DNA of 64,000 nucleotides from Eledone cirrhosa (lineage: Eukaryota), in the NCBI GenBank assembly GCA_964016885.1, contig OZ024743.1:14198001-14262000 (forward strand), given 5' to 3'. Shown here one piece after another: positions 1 through 14,396 of this stretch; within the stretch, counting starts at the first letter, position 1; each line of letters starts with the position of its first letter. The position numbers and the translations under genes were made by a program. Under the pieces are notes generated by a model. That model was not told where the DNA came from. It searched no databases and saw nothing but the letters and a program-made list of their open reading frames with translations.

Positions 1-969
1 ATACATTAATACATTAAGTACGTGTACATGGCGGCTACAAAACGATTTAAAAGCCCAAACATCTAATTGCTTTATAGATTCCCTGTGTTCCCTTTTATCT
101 TTTTTCCTATTGTTTATGTGCTTACTTTACCTCCAGTGAGTCTTGCACACATTGTTTTCTTTTTTTTTACTTTCAACATCAATGTGACCACCAAGAGCAC
201 CGGGAACACGTAGATAAGAACTGGGACGAGGTAACGAACAGGATTGTCACCCCTAGCTAGAAATAGGCCGTCGAGGAAGCTTTTCGAATGTTAGTGCAAA
301 TGTCTCGGACGCATACATCACATCCGTCATCTATACCATCCTGGTCGTCTTGACTTGCACTAATTCGCTCATCACGAACCTGGAGCACCTGCGGTTTCAC
401 TTATTCTGGAAAGGAAAATTACAACTGGTCAGAAGTCCCATCTGCTGCCAACAATCATACATAGAGGACTTAGGATTCAGTGGCTATAGAGGCGCCAACG
501 TACATTGAGGCAACATCAACTGCAAATATTCCTGAATAGTGAACAGATGCGATCGCTCTTTGCCAGATACGTCTTTTCACATTACGCTTCTTTGGATATG
601 TATGGCAATCAAATAGTGAGACTAATCCCTTGTTGTTACGCAGTGCCAGCATAATACCAATCGAGCAATGCGGTTAGTCGAAATTCCACGTTAGCATTCT
701 CTACTTGACTATTGCTGTACAGGTGGGACGACGTTCTCGGCGAACCTCTCGACAAGAACAAACTAACCAGTCTGTTCACTGATTTAAAAATGACAGACGG
801 TTGAATGAAAATATTTTATTGACATGGTGGTTAGTCATTTCCTCAAATCTACTGGTATTCCCATAAGTTTATTTAGATCAAATGAACTCTGCGATAGATT
901 CTATCTAGATCGAAAATATTAGGCTCTATTCTCAACACACACACACACGCACACACATACATAGACACA

Positions 970-1026
<57 letters not shown>

Positions 1027-1049
1027 GTGTGTGTGTGTGTATATATGGA

Positions 1050-1350
1050 GGTGTATGCATGGATATACCCTCTCCGAATTGAGAGATCACAGCTCCGTTA
1101 CTATATATGGTTATAATATCTCATGATAGAAACGCTGGACAGATATTTCAGGCGAAACCAACAGGTAGTAAATCTAGAGCTAGACCGCAAGCAGGATCGT
1201 TGGACAGCATCAATGAACTTGGTTGGTCATGCTTGGGGATCTGGCCGGATCGGTTGGAGATGGTTGATTCTGACAGGACCTGCTGGAAGGAGTGTTTGAG
1301 GACCCCACCCCCGACTCTCTCAGGAATAAGTGGGCGAAGAAAACAAGAAA
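1050..1350 (+). mobile_element. Degenerate 3' end of an RTE-clade LINE
   Basis: Translates to remnants such as RIERSQLRY...HDRNAGQIFQAKPTGSKSRARP, resembling the RTE C-terminus (cf. RRLRWYGHV...GNRGVGRP in the 31-33 kb element). Confidence 0.6.
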
Positions 1351-2913
1351 TATTTGTATAAACCAACTTATGTCCTTCAAGTTACGTTCCACTCTTCTAG
1401 AAATGGAGGGAATGTTTTGGGCAATGCTGTTCTCGATATACAAATAAGACTGGTTTGTTGGTTACAATAGTTATACCATTTAAAGTAAGTTAAGATCACA
1501 TCCATGCCACAGTGTTGATGGTACAACACGTATTTACATTCAATGTGGTATTATGTAATCAACGACATGAACAGTTCCGTTTGTCATTGCATATTCAGCA
1601 ATTTCTTTAACGGAATCACCGTATTTTGCAGTGTCGGTTGCAGGTTACATTGTGCTTCTTATTTCCGTCTACATTAACACTTCTCCTGTAAACATATCAT
1701 TCTTTCTTAACTACATTATTAATGCTTTATACCTTTTCGCAATTCAATGTCCAGGAACTATTTAGAATGTTCATTATAACTCTTGTCTCCTCTTAGCATA
1801 CAAATTTATTCTATTTTGTACAATGAATTTCTGTCGATTGGCACACTAGATTGTAAAGTTATTAGTTTACCTCGTTTTATAATTAATTATAATTTGATAG
1901 CATAAGGAGGTGGAAGTATACTCAAAGCATTCCAAGTCAGTGAACCACACTCTTGCTTAGTTTGTAGCCATTCCTTTTAAGGTCAGTACATAATAGCAGC
2001 GAGAACCGCTTGAACATTATTCAGTTTTATTTTTCCTTATCAGCACATAGCAAAAACGTTTGAAGATGAAATGATTTTAGTAATAATACGTATATTCGTT
2101 TATTATATATGGAACAACTTTACGCAAGAATGTACTCTTACCCTCCACGTGTTTATACATCATATATCTATAAATACGTAAGAGAAATGATATTGCACAC
2201 ATAATAGAATGTATTGTGCGATGGTATTTATATATCAAAAACATTGTAACATCTTGTTCCGAATATTTGGAATAAACAAAGACCTTTTATGACGTCTGAA
2301 ACTGATAAGAGAGGCGTTAAATTTATTGTTATATATCCTGCTATGAACATTATGGAAGAAATGAAGAGAGTATGATAGTATAATGCATAGAGTCATAATT
2401 TGTTTTTACAGTGTTCTACAATGTTTCACTTTGATCTGATAAAGACTGAAGTGACTCAACTTGCTGTTTGCCATAATAGAGTATATATAGAAAATCGCTG
2501 CATCACAGGGAAGAAAAATACACAGACATTGGCACAAATATATGTATACACTCGCACAAAAACATATTCACTCGTAAGCTGGCACACACGCATACGCACA
2601 TACATAATATGTGGAAGAGAAAGAAAATCTATATAACTATGGCTCTCGTGTATAAGTGAGACATATTGTCCACAGAATTCTCTTGTGGCATTTTAATCAT
2701 TTTATCTTTCTCTTTCTCTCTGTTTCTTTTATTTAATGCAATTATTGTTTGGCAAGTCACCATAACTGTTGATGAACCCGGCCAAAGGAATATAGGAAAC
2801 AGTGCTTTAATACATCGAAAATACCTCATTGAATCGTTAATTTGAAATAGTAATTTGGGACGTATAAGTATATATATATCTTCCTCTCACAACCAATGTA
2901 TAAATTCATATAT

Positions 2914-2991
<78 letters not shown>

Positions 2992-3124
2992 GTGAGTTTT
3001 TTTTACAAAATAAAAAATAACCGAGGTGTACTACACGAGTGAAAGTATAAAGAAAAAGAGATGAAATCGAAAATCCAACTGGAGTCTTATTTAAAAAAAT
3101 ATAAATATATATAGTTATTTGGTT

Positions 3125-3162
3125 CCTTTACCGGTTTCGCAGTTCTTCTGCTTTTCAAAAGG
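3125..3162 (-). ncRNA. Minimal type I hammerhead ribozyme, U3-A8 variant
   Basis: Reverse complement of 3222-3259. Confidence 0.7.
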
Positions 3163-3221
3163 TGAGTTGAGATGGAGGGTCTGTGGTTTTTCTCACATCT
3201 GTGACCCTCCATCTCAACTCA

Positions 3222-3259
3222 CCTTTTGAAAAGCAGAAGAACTGCGAAACCGGTAAAGG
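3222..3259 (+). ncRNA. Minimal type I hammerhead ribozyme, U3-A8 variant
   Basis: CCTT-TTGAAAA-GCAG(aagaa)CTGC-GAA-ACCGGT-A-AAGG: stems I, II and a palindromic stem III all pair. Confidence 0.72.
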
Positions 3260-3337
3260 AACCAAATAACTATATATATTTATATTTTTTTAAATAAGAC
3301 TCCAGTTGCATTTTCGATTTCATCTCTTTTTCTATAT

Positions 3338-3474
<137 letters not shown>

Positions 3475-3823
3475 TATATTAGTAGTAAAGAATACATTTT
3501 AAGCGAACATTTTCTGCTTTCTCCATAAACGTTTAGGGGTTTAGGGTATAAGCATAAATGGTGATAAAGATATTAATCCTATTCTAATTGTGTATTTATC
3601 TTCGATAACCTTACGACTTGCGAATGCAGGTAGGCATATCCTGACTGTAAAATATATGGTGCATCCGAAAACGTAACGACCCAAGATATTCTTCGTTATT
3701 ATTGTAATAAAATATGACAGCATACTCCTAGCCTTTATCTATAAATTATTCAAGGTTCTCCGTCAAATAATTAGACTGCTGTCCCCCTATTACAACCACA
3801 GCTTCGATGTGTTCCTCGAAATA

Positions 3824-3848
<25 letters not shown>

Positions 3849-3854
<6 letters not shown>

Positions 3855-4230
3855 GAAAATAGAATAGCTTTCACCGTATTTTTGACTAAAGAAATTTTAG
3901 CCTGATAATGGGGTTTAGAACCCTCAGATAAATGGAAAAGGATGAGTATTCACGTACATGGCAGTCGAACCCACATCTTTGGTTATCCAGACCACTGTGC
4001 TACCATTACACCTACACATCGCGTGTTGGTGTAATGGTAGCACAGTGGTCTGGATAACCGAAGATGTGATTTCGACTCCCATGTACGTCAATACTCATCC
4101 TTTCCCATTTATCTGAGGGTTCTAAACCCCATTATGAGGCTAAAATTTCTTTAGTCAAAAATACGGTGAAAGCTATTCTATTTTCTAATTTCAAACCTGC
4201 TCACTGTTTCAAAACATACTTACTTGTCAT
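3849..4230. mobile_element. Head-to-head fold-back of a ~210-nt tRNA-headed element in (TA)n
   Basis: Arms 3849-4019 and 4021-4191, tail 4192-4230; the centre coincides with the tRNA-like 5' end. Confidence 0.8.
4020..4090 (+). pseudogene. tRNA-derived head (pseudo-tRNA; inverted copy at ~3950-4020)
   Basis: A box TGGTGTAATGGT; B box GGTTCGACT (intact in the left arm); D stem GTGT/GCAC; T stem GTGGG/CCCAT in the two-arm consensus; imperfect anticodon stem with loop CTGGATA. Confidence 0.75.
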
Positions 4231-4501
4231 ATATTTATATATATTTTCCTAAGATTTAGGAAAATCTGCTTCGTAGAATCAAGACGTACGTGAGCACATT
4301 GCGATTTTCAGAGCCAGGTTCGATCATCACATCGATCGTGCCTCAAGCTGGTCGCCAGAGAAACGATTGTAATATGTCCAATAAATTCCATTCGTTGCAA
4401 CATTGATTCTCTTTTTTTTCTGTGATATCATACTCTGCTCTATGAGAGCATCGAGTGCTCGAACAGCCTACCACATACGGACGCTTTAAGCATCCAACAC
4501 C

Positions 4502-4551
<50 letters not shown>

Positions 4552-4554
<3 letters not shown>

Positions 4555-4649
4555 AAAAAGTATGTCCCCGACGGCAGACTTCAACTACCCTAAATATTGA
4601 GTACTCTGGTGCGTTATGGTCCATCTGGTTCTTTACCACAATTCCTTTG

Positions 4650-4650
<1 letters not shown>
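4552..4650. mobile_element. Micro fold-back of PLE family B 3' end
   Basis: Short inverted stub (ggaaaaagtatgtccccgacggcaga) joined to a tail matching 6513-6580 and 17558-17630; (TA)n flanks. Confidence 0.75.
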
Positions 4651-4716
<66 letters not shown>

Positions 4717-4792
4717 TATGTATATATATATATATATATATAAATGATATATATATATACATATATAATAATATATATATATACATATACAC

Positions 4793-6580
4793 AATGCCGA
4801 GGTGGCAACACCTATCGGGAAAATCCTCTTTAGGCTCCTCGAAAAACACTTCCCACTACCACACCGCTACCACAACATAATCAACAAAAACACCATCAAA
4901 CTACCCTACAGCACCACACCTAACTTCGCACAAAACATCGTCTCCTCAAACAACAAAAAACTCAACCCCTATGGAAGAAATAACCTAGATATTAGTGGAG
5001 AGCCGACTAGGAGTTGTACCTGCCCTGATAGATATATGTGCCCCCTCAACAACAGATGCCGAGTACGTAACGTGATCTACCACTGCAACGTGAGGACGGA
5101 CACCTCCAACAAAGCTTATATAGGATTAACCGCTTGTGGCTTCAAGACCCGGCTCTACCAACATAAACATACTTTCCGAAACCCGGTCCGGCGACATGCC
5201 ACTATACTTTCGGGCCACATCTGGGACCTCAAAGATAATAATATAACCTACAAACTCACTTGGCGCTTACTGTTCAGAGCTAACTCTTACACGGGAGGAC
5301 ACCGTCCGCGTAACCTATGCCCGGAGGAAATATTACAAATGGTGTTTTCGAAGGAACAACTCCTAAAAACAAGAACTGGTAACCGCATGCAAACACAGAT
5401 TGCGTAGGACTTACCTCGCCCTCAAACCCCATAACGACCCAGGTGGGTAGACAAGGGCTGATACCCCCAGTTGCTTAATAAACAAGGGGAAACCCCAGCT
5501 TATATAGATAGACGTACCTCTTTTCTTTTCCTCTATGTTTTCTTCTTCCCCCGTCTCATCCTATCACTTCCTTCCTCCCCCGATCTTCTTCCTCGTCTGT
5601 TTTTCCCCTTTCGCCTACCCCGATGAAGCCCATCAGTCCTCTGTAGCCTAAGTACCCCCACCCCTGTAATTTTAAGATAGAGCTGGCCGATTACGCTTTA
5701 CTAACTATTTATAGCAGATGTGTTAGACCCCTGTAATTTTGTATCTATTTTGTTACTACTCCAATTCTTATTTCAATATTTCTTATTTAGTATTTTTCTA
5801 TTCTCATCTTATTAATCTGTAATTGAAAGATAACGTTGGCGGATTACGCTTTACTGACTTTTTTATAACAGCTGTGTTAGACCCCTGAAAAGTTTGCATT
5901 ATATTTTTCACTACCCACTTCTACAATTTCTTATTTAGTATTTTCCATTCTCAACTTATTAAACTTTTCTATAGCTTTGCCGTACAAGCAACACCTACTA
6001 ATTATAGCAGCTGTTTCTAGACTCTACTGTTTTTTTTTATTTGTTTTTGTATTCATTTCTCACTATCTAATTTTATATATATATATATATTTTTCATTGT
6101 CTCCTACTTTGACTTACCTATTCTTTGACCTACCTATTTGGCTTACCTATTCTTTAAACTCCCCTCCTCCTTTTTTCCCAGAACAATTGTTCGACTTTTC
6201 ATACACTATCTTTAGAATCTGCTGTATAGATTTCATTTTCAACGCCTGACTGGCTTTACTCACTGCCTCATTGTTCTACAGGCAAGTTCAGCCACCCCTA
6301 CTTCCCACCAAATGCCATGATAGATTTATTTGTGTTTACAACAAATTTTGACCAATCCTCTTGACAACTACAATCTTCCCATATAAGGAAGTACCCCTTG
6401 ACAAGTTCGGCTATTTATTTACCAGGCTAAACATTCTAATTTAGTCCAGAAATAACCGTTAAACGGCTTGAGCTCTGCCGTCGGGGTCATACCTTTTCCT
6501 ATTACCCACTCTACTACCCTAAGTATTGAGTACTCTGTGCGTTATGGTCCATCTGGTTCCTTACCACAAGGCCTTCGTTA
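4793..6580 (+). mobile_element. 5'-truncated PLE (family B): GIY-YIG remnant plus 3' UTR
   Basis: ORF 4802-5407 has CTC..CPLNNRC, VIY and YIGLT..FKTRLYQH, homologous to the C-terminus of ORF 22359-24647; (TA)n flanks. Confidence 0.9.
6393..6487 (+). ncRNA. Hammerhead ribozyme, U3-A8 variant (GAAA damaged in this copy)
   Basis: ACCCC-TTGACAA-stem II (cggctattt/aaataaccg)-[T]AAA-CGGC..GCCG-TC-GGGGT; intact GAAA 3' half at 17706-17746. Confidence 0.6.
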
Positions 6581-6754
6581 CATATATATATATATATATA
6601 TATTGGCTGTGCGGATGATCTGTTTAACCATCATCTCAGTGTGTTTGGCCCTTAACGTATGTTGTAGCTCTGATTCACACGAATCATCGAGCGCTTGCCA
6701 CACATATCGGACTTTTCGTTAATTCCTGAGCTGAAATACGATTCTTGCTAATTT

Positions 6755-7195
<441 letters not shown>

Positions 7196-7399
7196 GCTAT
7201 TTATCTTACTGGTAATACGGTAGTAATAAATTACTGACCTTTCCTGTTTATAGTTGTATATAGTGTATATATAACTATAAATAATATTATTATTATTACT
7301 TATATATATATATATGTGTGGGGGGGGGGGGGTATCGACATGTTCCGCTGCAGCTATAAAATGCTCCGGGAGAAAGCGGCTTGGTGTGGTTTGATTAAA

Positions 7400-8740
7400 T
7401 CAAGAAATCAAAGATGCCGTCTGTGAAAAGAACGAGGTCTACAAAGCTTGGCTTCTAAATACGTCCTCTGTTTTGCCCGTACGGTACAAGTAGTTGCGAA
7501 CAGTCACACCACAGACTCTAAATACAGACACATTTAAGGCATTGAAGAACTTTGTTGTTACACCAGAATGCAACTTTAGATCAGCAAATAAAGTGTTCTG
7601 ACAGACAATCAGTCGATATAGAAATATAAAGAACTCCTCCACAGCCACCAACAGGGACGATTCTGGTGTCCTTCTCTCTGCGGAGAGTTGTGACCCTGAA
7701 TAATAAGCCCCTAACATTGATCACGATACTATCGTATGATGTACATGAGGTGCTCCTGGGAACGATGGGTAATTTCTGAGAGGCTGAGTCACAAGAGCAG
7801 TTAAAAGCTCAATTCACTGAAAAAGCGACAAGAGAGATTGCTTTAGTTATAGAAATAATATTTTGATCAGTCTCCCAAGTAGGGTTTAAACTAAGTGTCT
7901 AGTAAACAAATGTAGGGAGTTTGTCGAGTCCGAGCTAGCTTAGTAACAGTGTGGGTTTGACACAGATTCATGTTTTGGGTAATCGTTGGAATGCTGTCAG
8001 GTGGTGAATTCGTGCTTCGAAGAACTCGAAGAAACATAAGTTCCCACGGGATATTGTGTGGAATGTTCTGCAGGTTTAAGGTATCAATGGACAGCTTCTT
8101 TTTACCCTGATATCTCAATACGAATGTCCTTGTATTTGTGTATGGATAAAGGGTGCTAAATCGAAACCATTCAATTGGGGAGTCGGACTCTACCATGGGT
8201 GTGTACTTTCTGCACTTCTTTTCATAAGCCCCATGGACTGGGATGACAGGCGCAAGGATAATTTGAAGTGGTATCACGACGTGCAGATGTAGGATCTGTA
8301 TGGTGAGATTTGTAGGTGACGTGGTATTAATTAACTCATCTTAAGTTGATCTCAGGCATATCCTTGATAGGAATGATGCTAAGCGCTGCATGGGTGGAAT
8401 GGAAATAACTTCTGAAAAGGGTGACACATTCGTCCTCATTAGGAAGCGTGCGCAGTGTAATGAATGTGTTAGTAGATTTCCATAGAAAAAGGTAGATTAA
8501 CTCAAATACCATGGGTCTGTGTTCGCGCATAAATGAAGTTGGAAGACTGAATTAAGTGCAAGAAATATAGGATGTGTTGCACTGATGCACCAGCTTCAGA
8601 ATTCGGTAATCAGACGAAGGGTGATGGATATGAAAGACAAATATGCAAATATATAGGTCAAAATGTATTTTATCGATATTATCATAAGATAAAAAGCTCA
8701 GTGAAAATAAGGTTAAACAAAACTTATTTCGGAGCATACT
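7400..8740 (+). mobile_element. Old degenerate RTE-clade LINE RT region
   Basis: Broken frames give VPRDIVWNVL..GINGQLL and KSKPFNWGVGLYHGCVLSALLF (cf. VGVHQGSVLSPLLF). Confidence 0.7.
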
Positions 8741-10734
8741 TTACACAATATTATTAAGGCTAAATAATACTTATATTTAGCAAATATAAGCGTAGTAATA
8801 ATTGGAAACAACAATACATTGCAAACGTATGTTAGGGCCACCTTTTGCAATTTGGATATCTTTTCCTTTTATATTATGGGGATTATAGTCTCGTGGTTCA
8901 CAGCAGTATCTGCACCATAAACTGGTGTAAACGTGCAAGGGCAACTCAACTCTAAGTTGCGAACGGTAGAGGAATACAGTACATACGAAGAGCGATGCTT
9001 GGCCAATGTCTAGAAATTGTTATCATGCATATACCTATAAGTCTAGAAATGTGTATATTTACAAGTCTTGGAGTATTATTATGTCAATGTTAAGCGTATC
9101 CTGATTTGGAGAAGGTACGGAAATAATGTATGTGTAAAGAATTTGGTATGCTGCCTCAATAGTATTCTAATACTGACAAATTCATTTTCCAGATTGTAAG
9201 CCGTGTTTGTTAGTTGTATCTTCAAATTACTTTCGATTGGCAGTATTTATGTGATACATTAAACCATTGGAAATCGTTATTAAACGATATGGTTATTATA
9301 TTTAGAGAATACCTCTTCCCAGGTACGGTGAAGCTAACATATCTGTTCGTTTAAGCGTGTATTTAGTGTTATTGTTTAATAGCCTTCCTCATAGAACTAA
9401 ATAAATATATATTATAAGAATGTCCTTCTCATTTAGTTAGTGTCGACCAAGTTGTAAAAATCCATAGAATCTAAATGGAAAAACAATGGTATAGACCAAC
9501 ATGTCAGATGCAGTCTTATTTGATAAAGATCTGTATCAGTGGAGAGAAATGAGTTAAGTAAACTAAAAAAATACATTATATGAGATGGATATGCAAATTC
9601 TCCAAACGATGAAATCGACTGGTTAAAATGAAATTATTGTTTACATCTAATGGCTGTATTTAGATCACAACCAATTTTCTTTTATTGAGATTGTAATGTC
9701 GAAATCATATTAATGAAATTATTATAAATATATTATAGAAAACCATACAATATTCTGATAAATAACGTTCAATAATAAGTTTAATATAGAATACACAATG
9801 AAGACAATTACTCAAAATGCTGACAAGAAAAGCAGTCTCTTAACGTTCAGAAACTACCTCGGTAGATCAAATTGAATTTCCATTATAAATCGAAACCTTC
9901 TGGAAAATTTTAAATTTAGTACGAAATAATCTGAAGGAAACATACAATATTAGTTCAATACTTTGTTGAATTAATTAATATATTTCTTCAAAGGAATCGC
10001 CTACACGACTACATGAATAGGTATCTCTATTTAGTGCTTTATCTGAGATTTCATTATTTCAAGTGTTAGTATTATACGACGGCATATATAAGATCATCTC
10101 AGCATAATACGTGTATTTCTTCCTGAAGCTTCTTTATTGTCGAGATAATTAGACATTTAATTAGACACGATGGTACTTACATGCTTATCTGCGTAATGCC
10201 ATTCACACTCAATACATAATAAGTATCTTCAGAGAAATAATTGGATTCAAGTTCTCATTATAATAAACGCCTTGTACGTTAACGATATCGCTCTATAGTA
10301 TAAAGCAATATTGTTCATTAAATGTTTTCAGGATCCTAATATGGTTACTCTGAGAGTTGTGTTCCTTCAAATTTCAAGATAAAGAGCTCCCCGTTCTTAG
10401 CAGCTGTAAGTGAATTTAATCTATTATCAAATACACGACTTATACATAATATATAACATATATATATATGTTAAAATAAAACTGGAATTAAACATTATTA
10501 ATATAATTCAATTAGGGAAGAATTTAGAACAATAAAAATATTACTGTACTTTAATTGGCTTTTACGTACATTCAAGTTTACTGCTGTTGAAGATAATTTC
10601 GATTTTCGTTGAGGTTTTCATGCGAGTCTCTACATGTATCGCAAGGGCATTTACATCTTTAGGAGAGCTGTGCAATATTGTTTGTGTTACATTTTTTATG
10701 GGTGATTATAGACCACAGTTAGTGGACTGAATAA

Positions 10735-10849
10735 AATTTCATTTGGCTATATGTTTTGGCTTCTGTGTTTTCTGTTATTTTATAGTTTGAATACAATTTC
10801 ATTTGGCTATGGGTTTTCGCTTCCTGTGTTTTCTGTTATTTTATAGTTT
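10735..10849. repeat. ~60-bp tandem duplication
   Basis: aatttcatttggctat...tgtgttttctgttattttatagttt occurs twice. Confidence 0.8.
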
Positions 10850-13800
10850 ATTCTATGTTGATACTTTATTTGGTAGTGTACATGTTTTGTATGTGCTGTG
10901 TAATTAAGGTTATGTGTCTCACTGGCCATGTGAGTTATGTGGCCTTGAATTATATTAATGTTATACCACTTCAATGTGATTGTTGTGCGATTTATTCAAT
11001 ATCTGGTATCGGTTATATAAATTCAGATGGTGCGTTAATTTATTGACCAATAATCTTGTAGTGTTTACGTTGTATTGGCTACTAACAGTATAGGATCTAT
11101 AGATATAGTTTCATGGGTGCAAGTGAATATATAATGTCTTGCGCAGAACGTGAGCAGATATTACAAGAGCTATAGTTGTAAAAGTACAATGTTACATGTG
11201 TTTATTCATTTTTTTTTTTTCTTGTGAGGTTCCTTTCGTTTGGGAAATAGTTTGCTCAAAGGTAGCTGTGATGGTTATTAGTGAGCATATATTGGTTCCA
11301 TTCCTTGACACTTTCGTCTGGATATATTGATTGATCGTTTGGGCATGTCTAAGATTATTGTAATAAGGATGTACTCATATACATGGTTTGGCACACGATT
11401 GTAGTACATTCACGTTGAGATATTGACATTACACAACTTTTAAACTGTTCATTTATAGAGACTTTGTAACGATTAGGCGCTGTTCTCATTATTCAGTTTT
11501 TCTTTTTGTCATGTGCAGTTAGAACAAACAACCATCTACAATTCTATTCTTCTTCAGAGGCTGATAGGAAATTGATGTCTGTACATTTTAGCGGACCTCT
11601 ACTCTTTTGATCACGGGATACATTGGTTGTGAAGAATGTTTGTCTCTGCTTCTTACCTATATCTTTTCATTCCATCATTATGTTTTGCATTTTAATATTT
11701 GTCAGCATTTTTCTGAATGTTTCTAAACATTTTCGAATCTATTGCTGACATTAAGCACAAAATGACAACAAGTTGACCTCTGACGAACTACAGAGGACGC
11801 ATACAATCTGATCCTCAGCTAATTATTATAACATCATGATTTGTTATAGTGCCATGATTTAAAAATATACAGTTCTTGACCAAGCACTTTAGCCATGACA
11901 GTGTGTGTTTTAGGTTGCTCTCTTTCTCTATATATATGCATGTGTGTACTTACACACTTTTGTTGCATAAATCTAATTTTCTAATATCGTTGCTACAAAA
12001 TCCATTCCTTTCGCTTTCACCCAGGTATTTAAATTTACAAGGATTTGACTATATTCACAGTTATGTGTTATTAAGCATAATGTAGTCGCTCTAGCTCAGA
12101 TATTTCAGTCGTTTGAATAGAGCCTTGTAGAACATCGTTTTTTTTTAACATCTCGTATCAAAGCCGAATAGTGTACGTCATTATTCAGTTCAATTAGCAT
12201 TTCATTGAAATTTCTCTTGACGGAATAGTTCTGGAATAATATAACATATATTTCTGGAAATATATTAACATTTGTTACATCTCGTCAAAACATGTAAGAA
12301 TACGTTTCAGATTTTATTTCACCGTTTATCACACATATAAACTAAAATATAAGCTATTTGATGCCCTCGAATGCTATGTTAAACAGATTAATTAACATAT
12401 TTTATAACGAAATTTTAATAAAAGGAAAGATTACTGTGCATAAGAAATAAAATTTATGAAAACAGTTTTCACATCTCGTCACAAGGCAATAAAATGAATA
12501 CACCTATTCAACAATAGCAGGATAGGTGTGCATGTATTAAAGCGCTGCCCTGAATGCATTTTCAATATTCTTAGCTCAAATCAGTACTATGGATGGTGGA
12601 GATTTGTATGTAGACAATGATGAAGTGAAGAACGCTATTAATATGGCTACAGCGTTTACAAATGTTAGTAGCAAATTGAAAACAGCTGAATGATTTGATG
12701 AATTATCCTGGATAATCTAACTATAAGTGAATGCGACCAAATTAAGAATTAGTAAAGGAGCTATAAGCCAGGAGTAAAATATTCTTGATATAACATTTAC
12801 ATTGATATTTTCGTGATATTTCAACTAAAATATGTAGAGTTAATCTATTTAGACTAAACGTAATAGTTGAAAGGAATATGCATTGCTTTATATACCAAAT
12901 GCTTGTATATACCCCGGAGAGAAAAGAAATCTATATGTATATGATTGTCCAATATATTGTAGTGCAATCATAAGTATATTGCATCATAAAACATATACAG
13001 AAAAATAAGAATGTGTTTTGATACAACATTGTGAATGCCAAATGATTCAAACGCTTTTAAGTATCGTGTGAAATATCAAGAAAACGTGATTTAGGACGAT
13101 ACCGTGTATGTAGTATTATATTATTCCATAAATTGGGTCGGCTTAAATGTGTTAATAAATCTCTTAAGGTTTAATGAATGTTGCATATTACCGTACAGTG
13201 TTTGCAGAATGAAAGCGCTTAGAGTGAAGAATATTTAGTTATCTTTTTATATTTAAATTTTGAATTAGCCAGAGATGTGACGTGTGCACTAACTTTTCAT
13301 TAAACACGGTGTTTGAAAACGCGAAAACGGGCTGTGGCTAGAGTGTTTACATTATTAGCATAGTCAATAGACTTGTTAGTTTCTTGTATACATTAAATGT
13401 TTATGATGTTCTTTAAGATCTCGTCAATACACATCAATCGATCCTGCAATTTAAGGTTTTCTAGACTTAAAAGGGAACATGATGAGAAAATGCTTTGAAA
13501 GAAATTTGCCCTTGAAATGGGTTCCAGAGAAATAGGTTTTTTCCGGGTACCTTCATAAACATAGGAAAGGCGAAGCGAAACGCAAAAATCAGAAATGATA
13601 CTGGCAAAGTGCTCAATAGTTAAAAACCAGAGCTAAACAATGTGTTAAGAAGCCATACAAAACTGAAAAGGTGGTCAAGAAGGCATTAACCACCCAAGCC
13701 AAAAACCAAATCAAGCTAAACAGGTCAAAACAAAATAAATGATAAACGTAAATGATAACCAGACCTGGACTCCCGGAATTGATGTTACAATCCGACGTAG

Positions 13801-14103
13801 AGTTTCTGTGACACCTAAATCTAAATACAGTCTGCTTAAAAATATAAACTTTGGGTATAATGATCGAACAAGGAATATCACGTTATCAACAGGTATTTCG
13901 CTCAGTACCAAATAAGTGAATTACACGGTGGTAAGTTAAACCACGTGTGGAAATCACAAGGGGAATAACCCCAGATTTTGGCAAAGTAATTTAGTAGGTG
14001 TATATCATGCAAAAAATAGCATAAATAGCACAAATCGAATAAGTTCTCAACCGGGTGGTTTTAACCGGGTGGTATATATATAGAGAGATTGGTTACTCTT
14101 GAA

Positions 14104-14161
<58 letters not shown>

Positions 14162-14183
14162 GTGAGTGTATGTGTGTATATAC

Positions 14184-14227
<44 letters not shown>

Positions 14228-14351
14228 ATGTATATATAATGTATTTTGCAGTACACTTTATGCTTAATTAAAAGCATTTTGAAGACCGTATGCTATTGTT
14301 TTAGAGTAGTGACAAATTCACTTTCTTTAATCTCAGCAAACAGGGGAGATA

Positions 14352-14396
14352 AGCCGACAAGGCCTTGTTTCGCTTTTGTTGAAGCTTATCAAGGCT
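14352..14396 (-). ncRNA. Type I hammerhead ribozyme, U3-A8 variant, GUC site
   Basis: Reverse complement: AGCC-TTGATAA-GCTT(caacaa)AAGC-GAA-ACAAGGCCTTGT-C-GGCT. Confidence 0.8.

Larger units (their letters stand above)
2984..3333. mobile_element. Fold-back PLE 3'-end insertion in (TA)n (family A)
   Basis: Inverted arms ~3050-3181 and ~3203-3332, extra tail 2984-3049, (TA)n on both sides; same sequence at 54520-55432 and 63338-63520. Confidence 0.85.

Noticed and set aside
4020-4090. Functional tRNA gene with anticodon GGA
   Set aside because: Mispaired anticodon stem, differing mutations in each arm, anticodon atypical for eukaryotes, and it sits inside a repeat
10900-11450. Possible very old minus-strand GIY-YIG/PLE remnant
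   Set aside because: Too degenerate to support by eye
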